This document shows positions 8,771 to 16,114 of a stretch of 64,000 nt of DNA, one piece after another (the first letter of the stretch is position 1; each line of letters starts with the position of its first letter). Below the pieces are notes generated by a model, which saw only the letters and a program-made list of their open reading frames with translations, did no database searches and had not been told where the DNA came from. The stretch comes from Escherichia phage E20. The stretch lies in sequence record OP745616; one strand, given 5' to 3'. A program made the position numbers and the translations under genes.

Positions 8771-8800
8771 GCCTCCCTATTGAAGGGAGGTCTTTTTTTG
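8771..8800 (+). terminator. Rho-independent terminator
   Basis: CCTCCCT-ATTGAA-GGGAGG then TCTTTTTTTG; a weaker hairpin also at 8735-8750. Confidence 0.7.
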
Positions 8801-8856
8801 ACTATTGTTTGTCTGTTATATGAATATGTATCAATCTACTAACTAAGAAGGTAACT

Positions 8857-9117
8857 ATGCGTAAAATTGCTATTGGATTCGGTTGTAGTGCTGTTACGGG
8901 CCTTATCGCTTATGCTGCCCACGTAATCTTGGGTATGTCACTGATTGACCTGACACCGGTCATGGTAGCTGCTATCGCAGCCCCACTATTTGGTATCGTA
9001 GTCTTTGACTTTAAAGCATTCAGCCGTGCTGCTGCTGAAGTAAGCAATCTAATCCTGGGCCGACTTGGACATCGTTCCTTTGGTTCTGGTAGTCTATGCC
9101 GACCTCATGGTCTGTAA
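8857..9117 (+). CDS. Membrane protein (86 aa)
   Basis: Two hydrophobic helices. Confidence 0.45.
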   Translation: MRKIAIGFGCSAVTGLIAYAAHVILGMSLIDLTPVMVAAIAAPLFGIVVFDFKAFSRAAAEVSNLILGRLGHRSFGSGSLCRPHGL

Positions 9118-9134
9118 AGTATAAACTGATAGAT

Positions 9135-9162
9135 AAACCCCAGCATTGACTGGGGTTTTTTG
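9135..9162 (+). terminator. Rho-independent terminator
   Basis: AACCCCAG-CATTGA-CTGGGGTT then TTTTT. Confidence 0.6.
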
Positions 9163-9178
9163 CATCTGGAGCCAGGAA

Positions 9179-9367
9179 ATGTATAAAGAGATTGCATTCT
9201 TCTCGTTCTTGTTAGGAGGGTTAATTGGTGCAGGAATTGTAGCTATTTCTAATACCTACTTTGGTTCTACTCCAAACTCTGTAACACAAACCCACAAGCA
9301 TGAATGTGAATTGAATATCCCTCGTAATCAAAACTGCGTAATGCAGTTCGTACCGGAGAAGAAATGA
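9179..9367 (+). CDS. Small membrane protein (62 aa; ORF track start 9146 lies inside the terminator)
   Basis: ATG at 9179 with GGAG RBS; TM helix FFSFLLGGLIGAGIVAI. Confidence 0.4.
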   Translation: MYKEIAFFSFLLGGLIGAGIVAISNTYFGSTPNSVTQTHKHECELNIPRNQNCVMQFVPEKK

Positions 9368-9549
9368 AACTTACCCAGTCCCAAGTAATATTCCTTCGCA
9401 TGGTTCAAGGTGGTTCTGCCACCAGCAACCGTAATAACAAAACCGCACAGTCTCTTAAGAAGCTGGGCTTAGTACAGTTCAATACTGGTCTTGGGTGGTC
9501 ATTAACCCCTACCGGAGTAATTCAACTCAACGAATTAAAAGGTAACTAA
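9364..9549 (+). CDS. Hypothetical protein (61 aa)
   Basis: ORF. Confidence 0.35.
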   Translation: MKLTQSQVIFLRMVQGGSATSNRNNKTAQSLKKLGLVQFNTGLGWSLTPTGVIQLNELKGN

Positions 9550-9876
9550 ATGAAAACTTTAATTGCTGTTGCTGTAGTAGCTTTATCAGTTCTGTCATTC
9601 GGTGCTCAAGCATCTAGTCGTGCAACCTTGCTGGAAGCTGCTGCTGATTACAAAGCTAATAATACAAACTTTGTGAACCAGGGTTACTTCATGGGCATGG
9701 TTACCATGGGGGTGGAAGCAGGAAAGAACTGTGTACCTGACGATATGAAGTTAGGGCACATTTTTGACAGAGTGGCTTCTATTATTCTGTATGACCGAAA
9801 GGTTAATGCAATGAAAGTACCTTCAGACATGGTTCTGTTAGCGATTGATACAGCGTATCCCTGCGTTAAATCTTAA
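9550..9876 (+). CDS. Secreted/periplasmic protein with cleavable signal peptide (108 aa)
   Basis: N-terminal MKTLIAVAVVALSVLSFGAQA|SS signal-peptidase I pattern. Confidence 0.5.
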   Translation: MKTLIAVAVVALSVLSFGAQASSRATLLEAAADYKANNTNFVNQGYFMGMVTMGVEAGKNCVPDDMKLGHIFDRVASIILYDRKVNAMKVPSDMVLLAIDTAYPCVKS

Positions 9877-9910
9877 TTAGTAATTCCATTAACTTTAGGA
9901 GAGTAAGTAA

Positions 9911-10963
9911 ATGGCGAGCATTGACTCCTTGACTGTATGTAATACACGCCAAGCCCGTAACTTTATTATCCGTGCCTTACAAGCAGGTAACGTACCGTTC
10001 CTGACTTCATCGCCGGGCATGGGTAAATCTGCAATTATCCGTTCTGTTGCAGAAGAATTTGGCATGAAGCTGATTGACCATCGTCTATCTACTTCTGCCC
10101 CGGAAGACTTATCTGGTCTACCATTCCGTAATGGTGACCGTGCAGAGTTTATCCCTTTCGCTGACTTATTCCCTATTGAGGGGGATGAAGTACCGGAAGG
10201 TTATAATGGCTGGCTCCTGTTCCTTGATGAGTTCAACTCAGCTAAGAAAGAAGTAGTAGCTGCTGCATACAAACTGATTCTAGACCGTATGACTGGACAG
10301 AAGAAACTACATCCTAATGTGATGATTATCTGTGCCGGTAACAAAGCTACTGACCGTGCTATCGTTAACCCACTGGGTACTGCAATGCAGTCCCGTGTTG
10401 TCCACTTCGAAATGGAACTTAACTTCGACATTTTTGTTGAAGACGTAATGATTCCGCAAGAATGGGATGAGCGTCTGGTTGCATTCTTACATGCTAATCC
10501 AGGCTATCTGCATGACTTCGACCCTGCCCATAAGAACAAAACATTCTGTTGTCCTCGTACCTGGGACTTTGTTAACAAAGACCTCAAGAACCGACCAGAA
10601 GGTGCTCTGCCTGATGAAGATTCTATCTACTATGCAGGCCACGTTACTGCCGGTAAAGCTACAGAATTTGTTCAGTTCACCCAGGTATATAATCGTATGA
10701 TTACGATTGAGAAGGTAGTCAAAGACCCATTGGGCTGTGCACTGCCTGAAGATAATAACCTGTGTTGGGCTACTGTTAACCATCTGGCTAACAAGACTAC
10801 TGAAGATAACTTCGTTGATGTACTTAAGTACATTGAACGATTCAAAACGTTCACCCATAAGATTCTGTACTTCCGTACAGCGGGTAAAGCATTACCAGAA
10901 ATTCAGGCTACTCCTGAATGGCGTAAAGCTGCTGCCAACATCTCTCGTTACATTCACGGATAA
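9911..10963 (+). CDS. MoxR-like AAA+ ATPase (N4 gp24-like), 350 aa
   Basis: Walker A SPGMGKS, Walker B LLFLDEFN, sensor region. Confidence 0.75.
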   Translation: MASIDSLTVCNTRQARNFIIRALQAGNVPFLTSSPGMGKSAIIRSVAEEFGMKLIDHRLSTSAPEDLSGLPFRNGDRAEFIPFADLFPIEGDEVPEGYNGWLLFLDEFNSAKKEVVAAAYKLILDRMTGQKKLHPNVMIICAGNKATDRAIVNPLGTAMQSRVVHFEMELNFDIFVEDVMIPQEWDERLVAFLHANPGYLHDFDPAHKNKTFCCPRTWDFVNKDLKNRPEGALPDEDSIYYAGHVTAGKATEFVQFTQVYNRMITIEKVVKDPLGCALPEDNNLCWATVNHLANKTTEDNFVDVLKYIERFKTFTHKILYFRTAGKALPEIQATPEWRKAAANISRYIHG

Positions 10964-10970
10964 TCACAAC

Positions 10971-12146
10971 ATGAACCAGATACCTCAGCACACACTTAGT
11001 GATGAACAACTCATGCGCGAGTATGACCGTATTCAGGCCCAAGCTTTCCTAGGCAAGTCTGCTGCGTTTTTTGGTTCATTGCTGTGTAGTCTTAAGTTCT
11101 CATGGAATCGTGAGGATTGCCCCACTGCATGTACTGACGGAATAGAACTCCATTTCAACCCAGACTTCTTTGTCTGGATGTGCCCTGATGCAAGAGAAAC
11201 AGTGCTAATGCACGAACTCTGGCATGTGGCATATCTACATGGCATCCGTTGTGGAAGCCGTGACCCGGAAGTCTGGAACCAGGCATGTGACCACTTCATT
11301 AACCTTCAGTTAGAAGAAGACGGTTACAAGTTCACTGGTATCGACAAAGGCATTTGCAAAGACCCTCAATATAAAGGATGGGTTGAAGAAGACATCTACG
11401 ATGACCTGATGAAGAACCCTCAGAAAAGGCAGAAGCCGTCAGGGGGTGCTGGAGCAGGTCTTGCTGGCGACATGAAAGCTCCCTCTTCGGGGCAGTCCCA
11501 GGGTGCTGTTGTCAACAACGTAGTACGTGCAATGCAAAGCCAGAAGATGGCTGGTGGAATAATGCCCGGTAAAGGTGCTGGTCGTATGGAAGAGGTTATT
11601 ACCCAATTCCTTAAACCAGTAGTTCCATGGCAGGAAGTCCTGCTGAACTTCTTTACCGACATTGATGACACACACTATACGTGGGCCAGACCTAACCGTC
11701 GTTTTACTGACATCTATCTACCATCACTGGAAGATGATGAAGGTCGTTTACGACACCTAGCTTACTTTGAGGATGTATCTGGTTCTATTAGTAATTCTGA
11801 CTCTCTGCGTTTTAACTCAGAGGTTGCCTACGTTAAGAGCCAGTTCAATCCTAAGAAGATGACCCTTATTACCTTCGACGATATTATCCAAGAAGAAATA
11901 GACATCACTGAAGAAGATACTTTTGAAGAGATTAAGATTACTGGTCGTGGTGGTACAAACCTTGAACCAGTGCGTGAATGGATTATTAAGAATAAGCCAA
12001 CCGCTGCAATCATATTCTCCGATATGTATGTTCGTCCTATGGAAGAATTACCATTTGATATCCCTATCATCTGGTGTGTTCTGAATAATCCCAATGCTAC
12101 CGTACCTTTTGGGGAGGTAGTTCATATCCCTAAAGGAATGAAATAA
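10971..12146 (+). CDS. vWA domain protein with N-terminal HExxH metal-binding module (N4 gp25-like), 391 aa
   Basis: HELWH motif; MIDAS DxSGS (FEDVSGSIS); ATG at 10971 directly after the ATPase stop (ORF track 10737 is an in-frame extension overlapping the ATPase gene). Confidence 0.6.
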   Translation: MNQIPQHTLSDEQLMREYDRIQAQAFLGKSAAFFGSLLCSLKFSWNREDCPTACTDGIELHFNPDFFVWMCPDARETVLMHELWHVAYLHGIRCGSRDPEVWNQACDHFINLQLEEDGYKFTGIDKGICKDPQYKGWVEEDIYDDLMKNPQKRQKPSGGAGAGLAGDMKAPSSGQSQGAVVNNVVRAMQSQKMAGGIMPGKGAGRMEEVITQFLKPVVPWQEVLLNFFTDIDDTHYTWARPNRRFTDIYLPSLEDDEGRLRHLAYFEDVSGSISNSDSLRFNSEVAYVKSQFNPKKMTLITFDDIIQEEIDITEEDTFEEIKITGRGGTNLEPVREWIIKNKPTAAIIFSDMYVRPMEELPFDIPIIWCVLNNPNATVPFGEVVHIPKGMK

Positions 12147-12652
12147 TGGTTGTTAATGGTAATTCTCTATACCGTTCATCTCAATTGCTGGACATCCCAG
12201 ACCATAAAGTATCCAAGCATGGTGTAAGTTATGGATTAGGTGAAGCCGGTTATGATATTCGTATCAAACAAGATATCACTTTCTATCGCTTATTCGGGTT
12301 GATTCCAATGGTGAAGACTGTCGATGCTGGGGTTGTTAAACGCCACTTCGGTAAATTCGCATTGGCTTCAGCAATTGAGAAGTTCAACATGTCCCCATCC
12401 TGTGTAGCTATCGTTCACGATAAGTCTACATGGGCAAGACGTGCATTATCAGTGTTCAATACTGTAATAGAACCAGGATGGAAAGGGTATCTTACTCTCG
12501 AACTGGTCTATCATGGTCGTAAGAAACTGCATATCCCGGCTGGTGCTGGGATAGCTCAAGTATTATTTCATCTGGTTCAAGAGCCTGCTAATTACAATGG
12601 CAAGTATCAGAACCAGGAAGACAAACCAGTATCTGCTAGACCTTCAAAATAA
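12146..12652 (+). CDS. dCTP deaminase/dUTPase-fold protein, 168 aa
   Basis: GYDIR ... EPGWKG pattern characteristic of the dCTP deaminase family. Confidence 0.6.
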   Translation: MVVNGNSLYRSSQLLDIPDHKVSKHGVSYGLGEAGYDIRIKQDITFYRLFGLIPMVKTVDAGVVKRHFGKFALASAIEKFNMSPSCVAIVHDKSTWARRALSVFNTVIEPGWKGYLTLELVYHGRKKLHIPAGAGIAQVLFHLVQEPANYNGKYQNQEDKPVSARPSK

Positions 12653-12682
12653 AAGGCTATCCAGATTAATCAAGGAAATAAC

Positions 12683-12868
12683 ATGTCTGTATTTCAAGTA
12701 ACTCCTGCTGACAGTACCCAACGTAAAACTATTGTTGCAACTAACGTAGTAGATGTAGATGAAACTCCGGCTGGTGCTGTAATTCATCTCATTGATGGGC
12801 GAACTGTAACTGTAAAAGAAAGCTACCGTTCGGTACGCGGTTACATTCGTAAAGCTTTAGCTGAGTAA
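12683..12868 (+). CDS. Hypothetical protein (61 aa)
   Basis: ORF. Confidence 0.4.
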   Translation: MSVFQVTPADSTQRKTIVATNVVDVDETPAGAVIHLIDGRTVTVKESYRSVRGYIRKALAE

Positions 12869-12880
12869 GTAGCTGCCTAA

Positions 12881-12907
12881 ATAGCCCAGCATAGTTGGGC
12901 TATTTGT
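12881..12907 (+). terminator. Possible terminator hairpin
   Basis: TAGCCCA-GCATAGT-TGGGCTA then TTTG; short T-run. Confidence 0.4.
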
Positions 12908-13202
12908 GAAGAAACTAACTCAACCCCACATAGGAACTATCATGGAATCTTTAGCAGCAATCCTTATTCTGTTATTTGCACTAGCTGTATACCTTATCCC
13001 TACTATTATTGCTTTTGCACGAGGCCATGCCTCTAAGTGGGGAATTGGTGTACTCAATATTGTATTAGGCTGGTCTTTGGTCTTCTGGGTAGTAGCACTG
13101 ATTTGGTCACTGTCTAATAAAGGACAGTCTCAGACTACAATCGTTAACGTTGGTAGTGGGAACCAATACAACGTGTCTCAAACGAGCCAGTCTGATAAGT
13201 AA
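12906..13202 (+). CDS. Superinfection immunity (Imm-like) membrane protein, 98 aa
   Basis: YLIPTIIAFARGHASKWGIGVLNIVLGWSLVFWVVALIWSL closely matches the Imm/superinfection-immunity family signature; two TM helices. Confidence 0.7.
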   Translation: MKKLTQPHIGTIMESLAAILILLFALAVYLIPTIIAFARGHASKWGIGVLNIVLGWSLVFWVVALIWSLSNKGQSQTTIVNVGSGNQYNVSQTSQSDK

Positions 13203-13276
13203 CTAACCTAAGCATCATTGCATAGTGGTGCTTGTGGAAGTTACTTTCAGCTCATTGCTTATCCATCTCCTAATCC

Positions 13277-13305
13277 AAGCCCACCTAACCCGTGGGCTTT
13301 TTTAA
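13277..13305 (+). terminator. Rho-independent terminator
   Basis: AAGCCCAC-CTAACC-CGTGGGCTT then TTTTT. Confidence 0.65.
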
Positions 13306-13319
13306 TTACAGGTACTCTT

Positions 13320-13703
13320 ATGTCAAACAGACAAAATGGTAAGTCTATCTTATATGGACTGGACTTAAGTAAACTGGAACAAACTGCAATGCTTACTTTA
13401 GGTAAAACTATACATGACCAAGTAGAGAATGAAATAGAATCAGATGTTTATGCAGCAATGCAAGCTGCTATTCTGAAAGGATGGACTAGTAGATCATTTA
13501 ATGTTTTCCCATACATCCCTCCTGAACCTCATCTGAAATCTAAGGTAGACCGTATCATAGATAAGTTCTGGCTTAGTCCTTGCTATGACGAAATGCATCT
13601 TTACCTGGCTCAAATACAAAAGAATCCACGTACTAAGGATTTGTTCAAAGGCAAGAGCACTACCCATCATTACCCTTGGTATAGAAGAGGTAGTAAATAC
13701 TAA
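13320..13703 (+). CDS. Hypothetical protein (127 aa; ORF track start 13218 spans the terminator)
   Basis: In-frame ATG at 13320 downstream of terminator. Confidence 0.45.
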   Translation: MSNRQNGKSILYGLDLSKLEQTAMLTLGKTIHDQVENEIESDVYAAMQAAILKGWTSRSFNVFPYIPPEPHLKSKVDRIIDKFWLSPCYDEMHLYLAQIQKNPRTKDLFKGKSTTHHYPWYRRGSKY

Positions 13704-14146
13704 TGCGTATCCCATTCCTAAGAAAAAGGGAACGAAATCCTGTTCTTTATAATAAAGGCATAGAGGATGAGTACGAACTTAACCGTAAGGCCCGTTCCTA
13801 CGCAGCAAAATTATTAATGGGGGCTACCAACCCTGATAGATTACTGGACTTTGTTTTCGAACAAGTCTTTATCATATACAGCTTAGCTATGTCTGCTGGT
13901 TCACAAGAAGTAAGTGATAAGGCAAGAGATGCTCTCTGTATGCTCCGTAAAGAGTATGAAGCCCTCATGTATGAAGACTTGTACTCCTTTAAAAAAGAAA
14001 CCGCTGTAGCGTGTTCTGTGGCTCTTACTGAAGGTATAGCAGTATTACAGGAACTACCACGTAGTGAGTTTAAACTGGTATATGTTCAGGCCAAGAGGAT
14101 TACAGAAAGCCGTAGTGGTATTACCAACTATCTAAGGTCATTCTAA
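13703..14146 (+). CDS. Hypothetical protein (147 aa)
   Basis: ORF with ATGA-type overlap to neighbours. Confidence 0.5.
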   Translation: MRIPFLRKRERNPVLYNKGIEDEYELNRKARSYAAKLLMGATNPDRLLDFVFEQVFIIYSLAMSAGSQEVSDKARDALCMLRKEYEALMYEDLYSFKKETAVACSVALTEGIAVLQELPRSEFKLVYVQAKRITESRSGITNYLRSF

Positions 14147-15090
14147 TGATTAAGGCAACTGTCATTGCAGATTCCGTTCATCATGCAACGGGTACTCGTA
14201 TTACTACCTTTGAATTGGTCTATCCCCGATTCATTCACAGTGAGTTTATGACCCACCGTGTATTCAACCGAAATGCTTCAAGTAGTCGTGCTATCCCTAC
14301 TTCTAAGTTCATCGAACAAGTTCGTAATGAACCAGTGATGCCAAGTCACTGGGGCAAGAACCAGAAGGGTATGCAGGCATTTGAGGAACTGTCCGAAGAC
14401 CAACGTAGTGATGCAATCTTTATCTGGAACCAGGCTGCGTCAAGTGCTGCTACCTATGCGGAAATGCTTCGTCGTGGACAAGTTCATAAGCAGATTGTTA
14501 ACCGTATTCTGGAACCATTCACACATATCCGTGTAGTGGTAACTTCAACTAGCTGGGCTAATTTCTATGGCTTACGTGACCATGAAGATGCCCAACCAGA
14601 GATTCGTGAATTAGCTCAAGCAATGCGTAAGGCTCATAATGAAAGCACTCCAAGAGCACTCCCACAAGGGGAATGGCATTTACCGTATATTGCTCATATT
14701 GATCGTGTCGGGGCTTATAATTACTGCAAACATCAGCGAATTACTCGTGATGAACCAAGTAGTGAAGAAGTGTATGGCTTACTTCTTAAGGTAAGTGCTG
14801 CTCGTTGTGCTCGTGCTTCTTACAACAATTTTGAAGGCCGTCCTTCTACTATTGAAGAAGACTTAGGATTGTTTGCTAAGTTAGTAGAGAACCAACCTAT
14901 TCATGCATCCCCTACAGAACACCAGGCAACTCCTATGCTGTTCGGTGATAAGTTCATTAACAACCAGAACCCATTAACCTGGGAACAGGGTGTTACTTCA
15001 ATGGATCGTGAAGGTAATCTGTATTCAGGTAACCTGTTAGATTTCATCCAATTCCGTAAACTAATCCCCGGAGAAACAATTACAGAATGA
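14146..15090 (+). CDS. thyX: FAD-dependent thymidylate synthase ThyX-like, 314 aa
   Basis: ThyX-like HR-x7-S motif (THRVFNRNASSSR) and AQPEIRELA motif. Confidence 0.6.
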   Translation: MIKATVIADSVHHATGTRITTFELVYPRFIHSEFMTHRVFNRNASSSRAIPTSKFIEQVRNEPVMPSHWGKNQKGMQAFEELSEDQRSDAIFIWNQAASSAATYAEMLRRGQVHKQIVNRILEPFTHIRVVVTSTSWANFYGLRDHEDAQPEIRELAQAMRKAHNESTPRALPQGEWHLPYIAHIDRVGAYNYCKHQRITRDEPSSEEVYGLLLKVSAARCARASYNNFEGRPSTIEEDLGLFAKLVENQPIHASPTEHQATPMLFGDKFINNQNPLTWEQGVTSMDREGNLYSGNLLDFIQFRKLIPGETITE

Positions 15091-15323
15091 AACGTTTAGC
15101 TATCCAAGCCCTGTTTATAAGTATCATCCTGGTTCTGGAATTTGTATTTGCACTGCATGGTGCACAGAGCCTAGAAGAGATGTTCTTCGTAGTAGCCCGT
15201 TTTTCTGCATGTGTTCTTAGCTTATGGTGTGTGTATTACTATGCACGCGATTATGTAGCCATCAAGGAACAGGATGATGCTAAGGAACGTCTATTACAAT
15301 TCGTAGAACAGAATCGTAAGTAA
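15087..15323 (+). CDS. Small membrane protein (78 aa)
   Basis: Hydrophobic helices. Confidence 0.45.
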   Translation: MKRLAIQALFISIILVLEFVFALHGAQSLEEMFFVVARFSACVLSLWCVYYYARDYVAIKEQDDAKERLLQFVEQNRK

Positions 15324-15326
15324 ACC

Positions 15327-15357
15327 TAAGACCTCCTCCGGGAGGTCTTTTTTTGGT
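15327..15357 (+). terminator. Rho-independent terminator
   Basis: AAGACCTCC-TCCG-GGAGGTCTT then TTTTTT. Confidence 0.7.
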
Positions 15358-15383
15358 TTCAATTAACTCTTTTAGGGGGGCAT

Positions 15384-15596
15384 ATGCCTGCTAAATACCG
15401 TATCAAAGACACTCCACTAATGTGTGAGGGTGAGAAGGGTGACATTGTATATGCCTGTATCCAGGATGATTTCAATGCTGCTCTGATGTTAACCCAAATG
15501 ACAAATACACTGCATGTATCAGTAACACTGGACCCTACCGGTGACTATCCATGCTTCCCTATCCCTGCCCATAACCTGGAGCAAATCCATGATTAA
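15384..15596 (+). CDS. Hypothetical protein (70 aa)
   Basis: ORF. Confidence 0.4.
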   Translation: MPAKYRIKDTPLMCEGEKGDIVYACIQDDFNAALMLTQMTNTLHVSVTLDPTGDYPCFPIPAHNLEQIHD

Positions 15597-15903
15597 TCCT
15601 GAAGTTATTCATAGTAAAACTGGTAAGGCTATTCCACTTAGTGATATTGCAGTTACCGGTGATATTGCTGCTTGTCCGGCTAACATCGCTTCCCTGTGTA
15701 TGTGCATTGCTGCACTAGCAGAGGAACGTAAATTATGGCTGGAACCAAGCAAAGAAATGGTACTAGCTGGCATGTCTGAACTGAATGCACTTCTGAAAGA
15801 AATGTATGACGAGGATGGTCAATTAGTTGAGCCAACTGATGACCAGATTTCTGATGCTGTAGTATTTATCCTTCAAGCAATGGCAGGTAAACGTAATGGC
15901 TAA
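15589..15903 (+). CDS. Hypothetical protein (104 aa from ATG 15589; ORF track GTG start 15541)
   Basis: ATG overlapping previous stop. Confidence 0.4.
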   Translation: MINPEVIHSKTGKAIPLSDIAVTGDIAACPANIASLCMCIAALAEERKLWLEPSKEMVLAGMSELNALLKEMYDEDGQLVEPTDDQISDAVVFILQAMAGKRNG

Positions 15904-16087
15904 TGTAAATATCGCCTCAGAGAAAACATATAGCATTCAAATTAATGGCTTAACAGAATATCAGGTCTTATTCCTAATGAATGCTTTTCAAAACAGTCCA
16001 GTGGGTCACCATCCTAATGATGAACCACGGGAAGAAGCTGAGCTTCGTAAAGCTATTTTTGATAAGTGTAAACAAGTACTACTTTAA
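15896..16087 (+). CDS. Hypothetical protein (63 aa)
   Basis: ORF. Confidence 0.4.
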   Translation: MANVNIASEKTYSIQINGLTEYQVLFLMNAFQNSPVGHHPNDEPREEAELRKAIFDKCKQVLL

Positions 16088-16114
16088 GCAACATTTAAAC
16101 TGGAGAGTAAATAA

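Noticed and set aside
10737-10970. N-terminal extension of the vWA ORF given by the ORF track
   Set aside because: Extension overlaps the AAA+ ATPase gene by 227 nt in another frame; an ATG at 10971 sits directly after the ATPase stop.
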